Shown here piece after piece: positions 19,433 through 30,800 of a stretch of DNA of 64,000 nt; position 1 is the stretch's first letter, and every line of letters starts with the position of its first letter. The position numbers and the translations under genes are program-made. The DNA lies in assembly GCA_947478495.1 (NCBI GenBank), contig CANJVW010000001.1, positions 62,658 to 126,657 of the forward strand. Reading direction: 5' to 3'. Below the pieces are notes generated by a model. It ran no database searches. It worked only from the letters and a program-made list of their open reading frames with translations, and was not told where the DNA came from. The DNA comes from Legionellales bacterium. Its GTDB lineage: Bacteria; Pseudomonadota; Gammaproteobacteria; DSM-16500.

Positions 19433-22114
19433 TCAAATTTTCCCATGACAATGCTTGTACTTCTTGCCAGACCCGCACGAACACAACTCGTTTCGCCCTA
19501 TTTTAGGTGTCGTCATCAGCTGAACGGATTCAAGCGATGATGGCGGTTCAGCGTCCTCACGGAATGAAGGATGTTGAAATGTCATATCAAAAGAAGGCAT
19601 AGGTACGTCTGGATGCATTTTTTCTTCTTTTTGAATTTGAAATTGAGTTAAGCATGAAATGGTTTCGTAGTTAACACGATCAAGCAACGCCACAAACAAT
19701 TCAAATGCTTCTCGCTTATATTCCTGCTTCGGATTTTTTTGAGCGAATCCACGCAAATGAATACCTTGTCGGAGATAATCCATAGCAGAAAGATGCTCTC
19801 GCCAAAACTGGTCTAGCGTGCGTAACATCATCGCTTTTTCAAATTGGCGAATAACAGTGGGGCTCGCTTCCTTTTCCTTTTGTTGATAGGTATCTTTAAT
19901 CACCGAATGAATGCGTCGACGCAATGTCTCTTCATGCAATGACTCATCTGCATCAAGCCATTCTTGAATGGTCAACGACGCTCCAAAATCAGCCGCTAGC
20001 TTCTGTTCCAGGCCCGCAATATTCCATTGCTCTTCCAGGCTCTCTGGTGGGACAAAAGGATCTATCGCGGCATCTAACACCTGCTCACGAATCACATCAA
20101 TCGTCTCACTAATATCATCTGCTATTAATAGCTCATCCCGTTGATGATAAATGATTTTTCGCTGTTCGTTGGCAACATCGTCATATTCGAGCAATTGTTT
20201 TCGAATATCAAAATGATGTGCTTCGACTTTACGTTGGGCGTTTTCAATGCTATTGCTTAGTAATCGCGACTCGAGCGCAACACCCTTTTCCATACCAATT
20301 CGTTTCATAATACCCATCAAACGATTGCCGCCAAAAATACGCAATAAATTATCTTCGAGCGATAAATAGAAACGTGTTTTACCAGGGTCGCCTTGTCGAC
20401 CCGATCGTCCCCGCAATTGATTATCAATACGACGTGACTCATGACGCTCGGTACCTAGCACATAGAGTCCGCCCGCTGCAATGACATCATCATGGCGCTT
20501 TTGCCAGCCTTGCGTATGTTCTGCAATCGTTTCTTCGCTCGGATTATCTAATTGCTTTAATTCAGAAGCGAGACTACCTCCCAACACAATATCCGTTCCG
20601 CGACCCGCCATATTGGTCGCGATCGTCACCGCGCCTGGTCTCCCGGCTTCTGCGATAATATGCGCTTCTTGTTCATGAAATTTTGCATTCAAGACATTAT
20701 GTGGAATATTTTCTTTTTTAAGACAGCCAGACAAATACTCAGATGTTTCAATCGATGTGGTACCTACCAATACCGGCTGATGGCTATCACGCGTTTTTTT
20801 AATGTCGTCAACAATGGCCGTCCATTTTTCCGCCTGCGACATGAACACAAAATCCGGTTGATCGTCTCTAACCATTGGTTTATTGGTCGGCAAGACAACC
20901 ACTTCCAAGTTATAAATTTGCTGAAATTCATACGCTTCCGTATCAGCCGTACCCGTCATGCCAGATAATTTTTCATAGAGACGGAAATAATTTTGAAAGG
21001 TGATTGACGCGAGAGTTTGATTTTCTGCCGCAATCGGAACATTCTCTTTCGCTTCAATCGCTTGATGCAACCCATCAGACCATCGGCGGCCCGTCATCGC
21101 GCGACCCGTGTGCTCATCCACAATAATGATTTCATTATTTTTCACAATGTAATCGACATCGCGGTGAAATAAAGCGTGTCCACGCAACGCCGCATTTAAA
21201 TGATGCATTAACATAATATTATTAGCATCATACAAGCTCGCGCCGCCCTTCAATAAATCCGCACTTAAAAAAAGCTCCTCGACGTGTTGATGCCCCTCTT
21301 CGGTGAGATACGCTTGTTTCGCTTTTTCATCCACACTGTAGTCACCAGGGCCTTCTGGGTCTGTCTGACGCGTTAATTGTGGGATAAGCGTATTGATCAC
21401 GGTATAGAGCGCTGCGCTATCTTCTGCGGCGCCTGAAATAATGAGCGGTGTACGCGCTTCATCAATTAAAATGGAATCGACTTCATCAACGATCGCATAA
21501 TGTAGTGGACGCTGCACTTTATCCGCCAAACTAAATGCCATGTTGTCGCGCAAATAATCAAATCCAAATTCATTATTTGTGCCATGCGTAATATCGGCTG
21601 CATAGGCTATCTGCTTTTCTACGGATGTCATATCGGAAACCACTACGCCGACTGTCATCCCTAGAAAGTGATACAACGGTCCCATCCATGCCGCATCGCG
21701 CTTAGCCAGATAATCATTGGTGGTAATGAGATGCACGCCCTTCCCGCTCAATGCATTGAGATAGGCGCCGGGTGTGCCAGCGAGCGTCTTGCCCTCACCT
21801 GTCCGCATTTCCGCAATGCTACCTTCGTGCAATACTAAGGCGCCTAACAACTGAACATCAAAATGTCGCATACCCAGCACACGCTTGCCGGCTTCTCGAA
21901 CCACAGCAAACGCCTCGGGCAATAATTGATCTACTGTTTCGCCCGCCGAGAGACGTCCGCGAAATTCGGCTGTTTTGGCTTTTAATAAATCATCACTAAG
22001 AGCCACCATTGAAGGCTCCAGCGCATTAATTTTAGCAACCACACCCCAATAGCGCTTTATAACACGTTGATTGCGATTACCGAATAGCCGAGAGAATAGT
22101 TGAGTCAGTATCAT
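19433..22114 (-). CDS. secA: preprotein translocase ATPase SecA
   Basis: [28 protein letters not shown], 893 aa, C-terminal zinc finger [14 protein letters not shown]. Confidence 0.96.
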   Translation of the reverse strand: MILTQLFSRLFGNRNQRVIKRYWGVVAKINALEPSMVALSDDLLKAKTAEFRGRLSAGETVDQLLPEAFAVVREAGKRVLGMRHFDVQLLGALVLHEGSIAEMRTGEGKTLAGTPGAYLNALSGKGVHLITTNDYLAKRDAAWMGPLYHFLGMTVGVVVSDMTSVEKQIAYAADITHGTNNEFGFDYLRDNMAFSLADKVQRPLHYAIVDEVDSILIDEARTPLIISGAAEDSAALYTVINTLIPQLTRQTDPEGPGDYSVDEKAKQAYLTEEGHQHVEELFLSADLLKGGASLYDANNIMLMHHLNAALRGHALFHRDVDYIVKNNEIIIVDEHTGRAMTGRRWSDGLHQAIEAKENVPIAAENQTLASITFQNYFRLYEKLSGMTGTADTEAYEFQQIYNLEVVVLPTNKPMVRDDQPDFVFMSQAEKWTAIVDDIKKTRDSHQPVLVGTTSIETSEYLSGCLKKENIPHNVLNAKFHEQEAHIIAEAGRPGAVTIATNMAGRGTDIVLGGSLASELKQLDNPSEETIAEHTQGWQKRHDDVIAAGGLYVLGTERHESRRIDNQLRGRSGRQGDPGKTRFYLSLEDNLLRIFGGNRLMGIMKRIGMEKGVALESRLLSNSIENAQRKVEAHHFDIRKQLLEYDDVANEQRKIIYHQRDELLIADDISETIDVIREQVLDAAIDPFVPPESLEEQWNIAGLEQKLAADFGASLTIQEWLDADESLHEETLRRRIHSVIKDTYQQKEKEASPTVIRQFEKAMMLRTLDQFWREHLSAMDYLRQGIHLRGFAQKNPKQEYKREAFELFVALLDRVNYETISCLTQFQIQKEEKMHPDVPMPSFDMTFQHPSFREDAEPPSSLESVQLMTTPKIGRNELCSCGSGKKYKHCHGKI

Positions 22115-22198
22115 TTTTTTTGCATCTTAGTATGATAAAAATAGTTCAAAACTATCGCTTAAATTGCCCTAAAAGTCAAACGATTACAAGATATACCC

Positions 22199-22293
22199 GT
22201 AGGGTGGGCAAAGCGTTTTTTGCGTGCCCACCACGTAGAAAGCGCTGTTATGGCCCAGTGGTGGGCACGCAAAAAACGCTTTGCCCACCCTAC
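22199..22293. repeat. REP-1 perfect inverted pair (36-bp arms, 23-bp spacer)
   Basis: gtagggtgggcaaagcgttttttgcgtgcccaccac (22199-22234) and its exact reverse complement (22258-22293). Confidence 0.95.
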
Positions 22294-22331
22294 AGCTCGC
22301 CCCTACAGAAAAAACCCTTTATACTAACCTC

Positions 22332-22784
22332 ATGACCCCATCATCCATCATGCGCTATTTACAACCCGCCAATAAAACACTTGTCTCGGTTTTATCCCAT
22401 GTCCGTCAAATTCAACAATGGAACCAATGGCTCCGCGAATGCCTCCCCGATGAGGACAAGCTCGCTGAGCACTGCCAATTGGTGAGTCGCTCTAATCGGT
22501 CCTTGATTGCAATCGCCGACAGCGCGCACTGGGTCACGCTATTTCGTTTTCGGATTCCGACCTTGCTCGAGAAATTGCGCGCCTACCCTGGAATGCAAGA
22601 TCTTCAAGCGATTTGCTGCAAAGTACGGCCCTCCCATTCTCATTCTTCTGTGAAAAAAAAATGCGGGTCTCAGAAAAAATTATCACCTAAAAATGCGGCG
22701 CTGATGCTAGAAGCGGCGCAAAAAATTAAAGATGAGAAGTTGCGGGCAGCACTGGAGAAAATCGCGAGGAATGCGTCTTTTTAA
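22332..22784 (+). CDS. DUF721/DciA-like protein (possible replicative helicase operator)
   Basis: Small basic protein divergent from secA. The segment CQLVSRSNRSLIAIADSAHWVTLFRFRIPTLLEKLR resembles the DUF721 core by eye. Start moved to the ATG at 22332, downstream of the REP pair. Confidence 0.5.
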   Translation: MTPSSIMRYLQPANKTLVSVLSHVRQIQQWNQWLRECLPDEDKLAEHCQLVSRSNRSLIAIADSAHWVTLFRFRIPTLLEKLRAYPGMQDLQAICCKVRPSHSHSSVKKKCGSQKKLSPKNAALMLEAAQKIKDEKLRAALEKIARNASF

Positions 22785-22797
22785 CTATCCTGTAAAG

Positions 22798-22811
22798 GTA
22801 GGGTGGGCAAA
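22798..22811. repeat. truncated REP-1 fragment
   Basis: gtagggtgggcaaa matches the first 14 nt of the REP-1 reverse unit. Lies in the dciA-like/lpxC convergent spacer. Confidence 0.4.
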
Positions 22812-22867
22812 ATAAGCAGACGCTTAGTCTTTTCGCAGTGTTCACTACAACGCGGCAGGAACACAAG

Positions 22868-23788
22868 TTATTGGAAAACCAGAATCGGGCGAATATAAAC
22901 AATCGGCACACCCACACCCTCTCCTTCTTCGAAGGTCACGTACTCCCACGCATCTTTTTGTGCGATCAATTCTCGCAATAACGTATTATTCAATCCATGG
23001 CCTGACTTATACCCATTGAACGCACCAATTAAGCTCGAGCCTAACAAATACAAATCACCCACTGTATCGAGGATTTTATGCTTAACGAACTCATCTTCGT
23101 AACGCAATCCATCTTCATTTAAAATACTGCTATCCCCAATCGCAACAGCATTATCCAGTGTCGCGCCACGAGCAAGATTCATCGTGCGTAATTGCTCAAA
23201 ATCCGCCATGAAACCAAATGTACGAGCACGGCTCACTTCTTTGACATACGATGTGCTGGAAAAATTCAGTGTCGCGGTTTTCGTGTGTTTATGAAAAACA
23301 GGATGATCGAACTCAATGGTGAAGGTCACTTTAAATCCTTCAAACGGCTCAAGAGAAGCCCACTTATCACCGTCTCTCACCGTCACTTTTTTCTTAATGC
23401 GAATAAAACGTTTCGCTACACCCTGCTCTTGAATGCCCGCCGATTCCAATAAAAAAACAAAGGGAGCAGCGCTACCATCCATAATGGGAATCTCAGCGGC
23501 TGTCACATCAATGCAGGCATTATCAATCCCAAGCCCCGCAAGAGCGGATAATAAATGTTCAACCGTTGCGACACGAACACCCTGCTTCACCAAGGTCGTG
23601 GATAACGTGGTGTCGCCCACATTTTCTGCGCGCGCCGGTATATCAATCACAGGGGATAAATCAATTCGTCGAAAAACAATGCCCGTATCAGGCAAACCAG
23701 GCGACAAAGTCAGTTCAGCCCGTTCTCCTGCATGTAATGTGATGCCCGTCGCTTTAATAATATTTTTTAGTGTTCTTTGTTTAACCAT
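22868..23788 (-). CDS. lpxC: UDP-3-O-acyl-N-acetylglucosamine deacetylase
   Basis: Collinear with E. coli LpxC from [10 protein letters not shown] through [23 protein letters not shown] and YKSGHGLNN. Confidence 0.96.
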   Translation of the reverse strand: MVKQRTLKNIIKATGITLHAGERAELTLSPGLPDTGIVFRRIDLSPVIDIPARAENVGDTTLSTTLVKQGVRVATVEHLLSALAGLGIDNACIDVTAAEIPIMDGSAAPFVFLLESAGIQEQGVAKRFIRIKKKVTVRDGDKWASLEPFEGFKVTFTIEFDHPVFHKHTKTATLNFSSTSYVKEVSRARTFGFMADFEQLRTMNLARGATLDNAVAIGDSSILNEDGLRYEDEFVKHKILDTVGDLYLLGSSLIGAFNGYKSGHGLNNTLLRELIAQKDAWEYVTFEEGEGVGVPIVYIRPILVFQ

Positions 23789-23833
23789 TTTTGTATCACT
23801 TTCCCAAAGTCAGAATATTGCATGCTAGCACAA

Positions 23834-25168
23834 CTATCGGCCTATCCCATAGTATTCAAATCCAGCGGCACGCACTCGCGTTGGATCATACTGATTTCGT
23901 CCGTCCAACACAATGCATCGTCCTCTCATTCGCTCCTTCATTTTCTGGAAATCGGGATAGCAGAACGACTGCCACTCCGTGACCATGATCATCGCATCCG
24001 CCTGATCAAGCGCCTCATACTGATCGTCAACAAATACCAGTTGGTTGGACGTAACCCATTTTTCAGGAAACAATGCTTTTGCCGCTGGCATTGCAACGGG
24101 ATCATAAACACGAAGATGCGCTTGATGTTGTATCAACTCTTCCAGCAACACCAAAGAGGATGCGTCACGCATATCATCGGTCCCTGGCTTAAAAGAGAGT
24201 CCCCACACAGCAATGGTTGATCGACTTAAATCATTACCCAACAATTCAATTATTTTTTCAGACAGTACGCGCTTTTGACGACGATTGCGCTCCTCAACCG
24301 CTAGCAGCACAAGAGGCTCTACTCCATTATCCATCGCTATGTTAATGAGTGCTTTGACATCCTTTGGAAAACAAGAGCCTCCATAGCCGCACCCCGGTTG
24401 AATAAAGGCATCGCCAATACGCGAATCCGAACCAATACCTAACCGAACATTCTCGACATCCACTTTTAATTGCCCGCAGAGGACAGCAACCTCATTCATA
24501 AAGGAAATGCGCGTCGCAAGCATCGCATTCGCCACATATTTTGTCATTTCAGCGTCTTTCACGCTCATAAAATAAATTCTTTCAGGTGAGCGCATAATAG
24601 GCATATATAAATCTAACATAATGTCTTTAGCGCGCGCCGTCGCACAACCAATCACAACGCGATCAGGTTTCATAAAATCGCCAATGGCCGCCCCTTCACG
24701 CAAAAACTCAGGATTGCTCACAACATCAAATAGAATACTTAATCCTCTTTTTTGAAGCGTTTGATGAATCACTTGCTCCACTTGATTCGCAACGCCCACC
24801 GGCACCGTCGATTTGTCGACAATGATGCAATACTCCGTCATATGCTCGGCAATACTTCGTGCTGCTGCCAAGACATACTGCATATCAGCAGAACCATCTT
24901 CATCTGAAGGCGTGCCTACCGCAATAAAAACAAGTTGCGGAGAATCGGTTAAAGCGGAAAACGATGTTTCAAAATGCAGTCGATCTTTTCCTTGGTTCAA
25001 CACCACCATCGATTGCAATCCAGGCTCATAAATCGGTAAAATGCCTTTTCGAAGGCCCGCAATCTTCTTTTCATCGATATCAATGCATGTCACATGATTG
25101 CCTAAATCCGAAAAACACGCGCTCGTCACCAAACCCACATAACCCGCCCCAATGACTGCAATATTCAA
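23834..25168 (-). CDS. ugd: UDP-glucose 6-dehydrogenase
   Basis: Rossmann MNIAVIGAGYVGL. Catalytic-Cys region GYGGSCFPKD. 444 aa. ATGA overlap with the upstream GT-C gene. Confidence 0.9.
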   Translation of the reverse strand: MNIAVIGAGYVGLVTSACFSDLGNHVTCIDIDEKKIAGLRKGILPIYEPGLQSMVVLNQGKDRLHFETSFSALTDSPQLVFIAVGTPSDEDGSADMQYVLAAARSIAEHMTEYCIIVDKSTVPVGVANQVEQVIHQTLQKRGLSILFDVVSNPEFLREGAAIGDFMKPDRVVIGCATARAKDIMLDLYMPIMRSPERIYFMSVKDAEMTKYVANAMLATRISFMNEVAVLCGQLKVDVENVRLGIGSDSRIGDAFIQPGCGYGGSCFPKDVKALINIAMDNGVEPLVLLAVEERNRRQKRVLSEKIIELLGNDLSRSTIAVWGLSFKPGTDDMRDASSLVLLEELIQHQAHLRVYDPVAMPAAKALFPEKWVTSNQLVFVDDQYEALDQADAMIMVTEWQSFCYPDFQKMKERMRGRCIVLDGRNQYDPTRVRAAGFEYYGIGR

Positions 25169-26673
25169 GCGCCTCTCCTATCGTAGATCAATACTTCATC
25201 GCCCCGTTTATTTTGAAAAACCTGAATAGGTTGAAGACCAATCGCTTGCAACACAGATTCATTCTCGATACGTGATTTTTTATCAATATGCAACACAATA
25301 TATTGATATTGCTTCCATTGATCTTTTGTCACGCTCAACGCAGATGGCGTCTCTTCTACCGCTTTAAAAATACCGCTGCCAAAACGATGTGAATAATACA
25401 TCACTTCAATATCCTTTATATAAAGTGCTGAAGAGGCTGGCACATGATCCGCCACCCAGGCGCCTGCCGAATCAATGTATTTTTTCGAATAACCGCAATC
25501 GACGATACCGCCAATAGAAGTAAGCCCGATTAAAAATAACGCCATCACGAATAATCGTTTACTCCGCCGCTCCATCAACGACTCCAATGCGAAGGGGATC
25601 CAACACATCGCAACCAACGAAATGGCCATTAAGTATCGATTCGTTAAAAATAAATTTTCGCCAAAAAAAACAATTGTCACAGCCATCCCAACAATAAGGT
25701 AACTCCACAAAACAACTCGGTACTTAGCGGATGCCGTCAATGATTGTCGATACCAGGCGTACACCAATAACACAACATAAATGAGAGAAAGACTCGACAC
25801 AATATTAGAGAAATAACACAGCGTTACGCTCACAAACAATAATAGCGTTGCATTGTACGCGCCATAGACACCCAGCACCGTCTCAAGCTGAGAAACCGTC
25901 ACATGCATTTTTTGCTTGGCCAACAACAACCCTTGCGATAACTGATCAACTAATTCTGGCAAACGTCCTGATAAAACAGATATATGAGATGGGTGCATCA
26001 GCTTCCATGTAAAAAAAGTAACGGCAACGATTCCTGTCACCACATAAAGAGAGAAAAACGATTTAGCGCGCTGTGAAAAAGAATCATTTGTCTGGCACCA
26101 AACACAAAGAGGTACTAATAACAAATAAACACCCCCCTCAATACGAAACAGCGTTGCAAGCAGCAAACAGACATTCCAAGCCAGCGCATAACCTATTTGA
26201 CGCGTTTTAGCATAATACAATAAACACACGATAGAGCTGACGTAAAAAGCCCAGAAACCATGATCGCGCACAATATAGGTTTTTACAGCATTAAAATCAT
26301 GGTGAAGCAAAATAACGACTGCCGCCCACATGAGAATTCTTTTTTTATTGGAAAGCAAAGCGGTAATCTTCAGAAAACCCATTACCGTGATCAGTGAAAA
26401 TAAAGCATCTATCACATACGCCGATGCAACCTCGCTCATACGGAATAATGTCGAGAAACCCGCAACGCACATTGAATAAAAGGGCCACTTTGCCTGACCG
26501 CATAATTGCACGCCAGCATAAAAATCTTGCTTCATGAGCGCTGCACTTTCAAGATAGCAGATCGCATCCGGATTGATAACATCTGTGCGTCCAGCCACAA
26601 TCGCTGATAAGAGAAGACTGAAGAGACCCGCGAAAAAATACACATTAAAATAACGCGCGTTCAGTTGGAACAT
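25165..26673 (-). CDS. ArnT/PMT-like GT-C fold membrane glycosyltransferase
   Basis: 502-aa polytopic protein. The first-loop acidic motif GRTDVINPDAICYLESAALM resembles the D/E-containing loop of GT39/GT83 enzymes. Translationally coupled between galU and ugd. Confidence 0.65.
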   Translation of the reverse strand: MFQLNARYFNVYFFAGLFSLLLSAIVAGRTDVINPDAICYLESAALMKQDFYAGVQLCGQAKWPFYSMCVAGFSTLFRMSEVASAYVIDALFSLITVMGFLKITALLSNKKRILMWAAVVILLHHDFNAVKTYIVRDHGFWAFYVSSIVCLLYYAKTRQIGYALAWNVCLLLATLFRIEGGVYLLLVPLCVWCQTNDSFSQRAKSFFSLYVVTGIVAVTFFTWKLMHPSHISVLSGRLPELVDQLSQGLLLAKQKMHVTVSQLETVLGVYGAYNATLLLFVSVTLCYFSNIVSSLSLIYVVLLVYAWYRQSLTASAKYRVVLWSYLIVGMAVTIVFFGENLFLTNRYLMAISLVAMCWIPFALESLMERRSKRLFVMALFLIGLTSIGGIVDCGYSKKYIDSAGAWVADHVPASSALYIKDIEVMYYSHRFGSGIFKAVEETPSALSVTKDQWKQYQYIVLHIDKKSRIENESVLQAIGLQPIQVFQNKRGDEVLIYDRRGA

Positions 26674-27539
26674 TGCGCAAAGCTCTTTAGTAATGCAGCA
26701 ACCGAATCAGCCAGCTCAGGATGTTTTAATGCATATGCAATAGTCGCTTCTACAAACCCCAACTTGCTCCCACAATCATATCGTTTACCGACAAACTGAA
26801 ATGCCGAAACAGGTTCTATCTTTAACAATTTTGCAATTGCATCCGTTAATTGAATTTCTCCGCTGGCGCCCGCACCGGTCAGTTCTAGCATATCAAAAAT
26901 CTGGGGGGTCAAAATATAGCGACCAACGACACCTAAATTTGATGGCGCATCTTGTCTTTTGGGCTTTTCAACAATACCGCTAAGCCGGGATAATGGCTCG
27001 CCAGAATCGATCGATGCCACCACACCGTATTTTTCGGTGTCGTCCATCGAAATGCGCTGAACGGCGACAATGCTTGACTGTGTTTCTTCAAAGACAGAGA
27101 CCATTTGCTGTAAGCACGTATCCGCACCCCCATCAATTAAATCATCGGCTAACAGAACCGCAAAAGGCTCGTTCAATAAAAATTGCTTAGCACATAATAG
27201 AGCGTGCCCCAACCCTCGCGGTGATCGTTGCCTAACATAAGCGCAAGACACGCCTTCTGGCAAAATATTCTGTACCATCTCGAGCAAGTCTTGCTTTCCA
27301 CACGCGATGAGATTCGCCTCTAGTTCAAAATTGGAATCAAAATGGTCTTCAATCGCCCGCTTGCTGCTGCTGGTCACAAAAATCAGTTCGGTGATGCCTG
27401 CCGCAACCGCATCTTCTACTGCATATTGAATCAATGGCTTATCGACAATGGGCATCATTTCTTTAGGATTCGCCTTGGTCGCCGGCAAAAACCGCGTGCC
27501 TAGGCCCGCGACTGGGAAAACGGCTTTGGTGATTTTCAT
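26661..27539 (-). CDS. galU: UTP-glucose-1-phosphate uridylyltransferase
   Basis: AVFPVAGLGTRFLPATKANPKEMMPIVDKPLIQY and VEKP motifs. Confidence 0.92.
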   Translation of the reverse strand: MKITKAVFPVAGLGTRFLPATKANPKEMMPIVDKPLIQYAVEDAVAAGITELIFVTSSSKRAIEDHFDSNFELEANLIACGKQDLLEMVQNILPEGVSCAYVRQRSPRGLGHALLCAKQFLLNEPFAVLLADDLIDGGADTCLQQMVSVFEETQSSIVAVQRISMDDTEKYGVVASIDSGEPLSRLSGIVEKPKRQDAPSNLGVVGRYILTPQIFDMLELTGAGASGEIQLTDAIAKLLKIEPVSAFQFVGKRYDCGSKLGFVEATIAYALKHPELADSVAALLKSFAQCSN

Positions 27540-27786
27540 GCTGAACGATCCTAAATAATACAGTGTCGAATGGTATCATATTATTTGCTGAGACTATAGC
27601 TTACCCCCCTCCACCCATTTGACCAAGCGTTGCATACTAAGGGGATCACTCATCAAAAAGACACGTCCTATCAATCGATAATTAAACTATTGTTAGGCTA
27701 TGGGGTGCATAATTTTAGAGAAGGGCTTTGATTGCTCATTTTGAGCCAATTAGAAAAAATGCATTTTCATATACAGAGCGGGCAAA

Positions 27787-27805
27787 GCACGCGATTAACG
27801 CGTGC
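27787..27805 (-). terminator. weak hairpin downstream of rpoC
   Basis: gcacgcg-attaa-cgcgtgc (7-bp stem), 22 nt after the rpoC stop. Only a TTT follows on the minus strand. Confidence 0.25.
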
Positions 27806-27826
27806 CTACCCCACCCCCTAAAGGCG

Positions 27827-30800
27827 CTAGAGATGCTTCTTCGCTAAACGATCCGCATGGTACGTCAAACCGGTACCGGCTGGCACCAATCGTCCGACAA
27901 TCACGTTTTCTTTCAAGCCGCGCAACTCATCTTTCTTACCGCTCACGGCCGCTTCTGTCAGCACACGCGTAGTTTCTTGGAAGGATGCCGCCGAAATAAA
28001 GGATTCGGTCGCTAACGATGCCTTCGTGATACCTAATAATACTTGTTCAATGCGAGCAGGCATTTTACCCGCTTGTTGAACCAAGATATTTTCATCACGT
28101 ACTTGGGCATGCTCCACCTGCTCGCCCTTCAAGAAGCTGGTATCGCCTGGATGCGCGACAACCACTTTACGCAACATTTGTCGAATGATCACTTCAATAT
28201 GCTTGTCATTGATCTTGACGCCTTGTAAGCGATACACATCTTGCACTTCATTCACAACAAAATTGGTCAATGCATTCGGGCCTAACAATCGTAAAATATC
28301 ATGCGGATTCAAGGAACCTTCGGCAATGACTTCACCCTTCTGAACATGTTCGCCTTCAAACACGCTGACATGGCGCCATTTTGGAATAAGATCTTCATGG
28401 ACCGCGCCATCAGAACCCGTAATCATTAAGCGACGCTTACCTTTTGTTTCTTTACCGAAGCCCACAATACCTGAGGTCTCTGCCAAAATAGCAGGATCTT
28501 TAGGACGTCGCGCTTCAAACAAATCAGCAACCCGTGGCAGACCACCGGTAATATCACGTGTTTTTGAGGTTTCTTGCGGAATACGTGCAATCACGTCACC
28601 CACTTTAGCGCGCGCACCGTCTTCCATGTTAATCACCGCATCAGGCGGTAAGAAATATTGCGCTGGAATCTCAGTACCGCTTAAATAAATATCTTTTCCT
28701 TTGTCATCAACAAAGCGAATCAACGGCTTTAATTCTTTACCTGTCGCACCACGTTGTTTCGGATCGGTTACCACAATGCTGCTCAATCCTGTCATTTCAT
28801 CTGTCTGACGATTCATGGTCACACCTTCCATGAGATCGACAAACTTCACATAACCACCCACTTCGGTGATCACGGGATGACTATGCGGATCCCAGGTCGC
28901 GACCATCTGGCCTGATTCTGTTCTCGCGCCATCCGACACGGTTAATTCAGCACCGTAAGGAATCTTATAGCGTTCACGTTCACGACCATGCTCATCGACG
29001 ACTGCCAATTCACCGGATCGCGATACAGCGATATAGGTACCACTATGATGCTGGATCAACTTAATATTATGTAATTTAATTTTGCCAGCCAATTTCACCT
29101 GAACGCTATTAACTGCTGTGGATCGAGATGCCGCACCACCGATATGGAAGGTTCTCATGGTTAGCTGAGTACCTGGTTCACCAATCGACTGCGCCGCAAT
29201 CACACCAATCGCTTCGCCAATGTTAACACGATGTCCGCGCGCTAAATCACGTCCGTAACACGCTGCACAAATACCATATCGTGATTCACACGTAATAGGC
29301 GATCGAACAAAGACTTGGTCAACCGAAAATTCTTCTAGCTGACTGACGCCGCGCTCATCCAAGAGAGTTCCTGCAGGAACGACCACGCGACCCGTTTCAG
29401 GATCACACACATCTTGCACGGTGACGCGACCCAATACACGTTCATGTAACGGCTCAACCACGTCACCGCCTTCAATCAACGGAATCATGGTAATGCCTTG
29501 GCTCGTGCCGCAATCTTTTTCAGTGACCACTAAATCTTGTGCCACATCGACTAATCGACGAGTGAGGTAACCCGAATTTGCTGTTTTTAATGCGGTATCA
29601 GCCAATCCCTTACGAGCACCGTGTGTCGAGTTAAAGTATTGCAACACGTTTAACCCTTCACGGAAGTTAGCTGTAATAGGTGTTTCAATAATGGAACCGT
29701 CTGGTTTCGCCATCAAGCCTCGCATACCGGCTAACTGACGAATCTGCGCAGCGGAACCTCGAGCGCCAGAATCGGCCATCATGTAAATGGAGTTAAAGGA
29801 TTCTTGCTTAACGGTTTTACCCTTCGCATCCTTCACCATTTCATGAGACAGCTCGGTCATCATGGCTTTAGCGACTTGATCGTTAGTGCGCGACCAAATA
29901 TCAATAACTTTGTTAAATCGCTCGCCTTGCGTCACCAAACCGGATGAATATTGAGCCTGAATTTTACCAACCTCTTCTTCTGCCTGAGTAATGATGCTGG
30001 CTTTTTCTTTTGGAATAACCAAATCATTCACGCCAATGGACATACCCGATTGCGTTGCATAATGGAAACCCATATACATGAGCTGATCTGCAAAAATAAC
30101 CGTTGGCTTCAATCCTATTTCGCGATAACACGTATTAATCAGCGCTGAAATAGAATGCTTATTCATCACTTGATTAACCGTATCATAGGACATGCCTTTA
30201 GGAAGCAACTCAGAGAGCAATGCGCGTCCTGCTGTCGTTTCAACCAGTCGAATATTTTCTTTAAATTCACCGGGCGTTGCAGCATCCAACAGATATTCTT
30301 TAATACGTACTTTTACATTCGCTTGTAACTCAACGGCATCATTTTCATAAGCACGATGCACTTCACTCACACTTGAAAATACCATGCCTTCGCCACGCGC
30401 ATTGATGCGCGCACGTGTCATGTAATACAAACCTAATACTACGTCTTTGGTTGGCACAATAATTGGCTCGCCGTTGGCGGGCGACAGCACATTATTAGTG
30501 GACATCATCAGCGTACGTGCTTCTAATTGCGCTTCGAGCGACAAAGGCACATGCACTGCCATTTGATCTCCGTCAAAGTCGGCGTTATAGGCGGTACACA
30601 CTAACGGATGAAGTTGAATGGCCTTACCTTCAATCAAAACAGGCTCGAACGCTTGAATACCTAATCGATGCAATGTTGGCGCGCGATTCAGCAATACAGG
30701 ATGTTCGCGAATAACACCTTCTAAAATATCCCACACAGCCGGATCTTCGCGATCTACCATTTTTTTAGCTGCTTTGATGGTTGATGCTAATCCTTGAATT

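Noticed and set aside
25663-25670. A8/T8 homopolymer tracts inside the GT-C gene (25663-25670) and other envelope genes, considered as phase-variation switches.
   Set aside because: The tracts are short (8-9 nt) and encode ordinary Phe/Lys codons in an AT-rich genome. They also occur in housekeeping genes, so there is no evidence of slippage from a single sequence.
27540-27826. The 287-bp rpoC-galU spacer as a possible small RNA or riboswitch locus.
   Set aside because: Only a weak 7-bp hairpin was found. There is no recognisable conserved RNA motif and no extended complementarity, so the evidence from sequence alone is insufficient.
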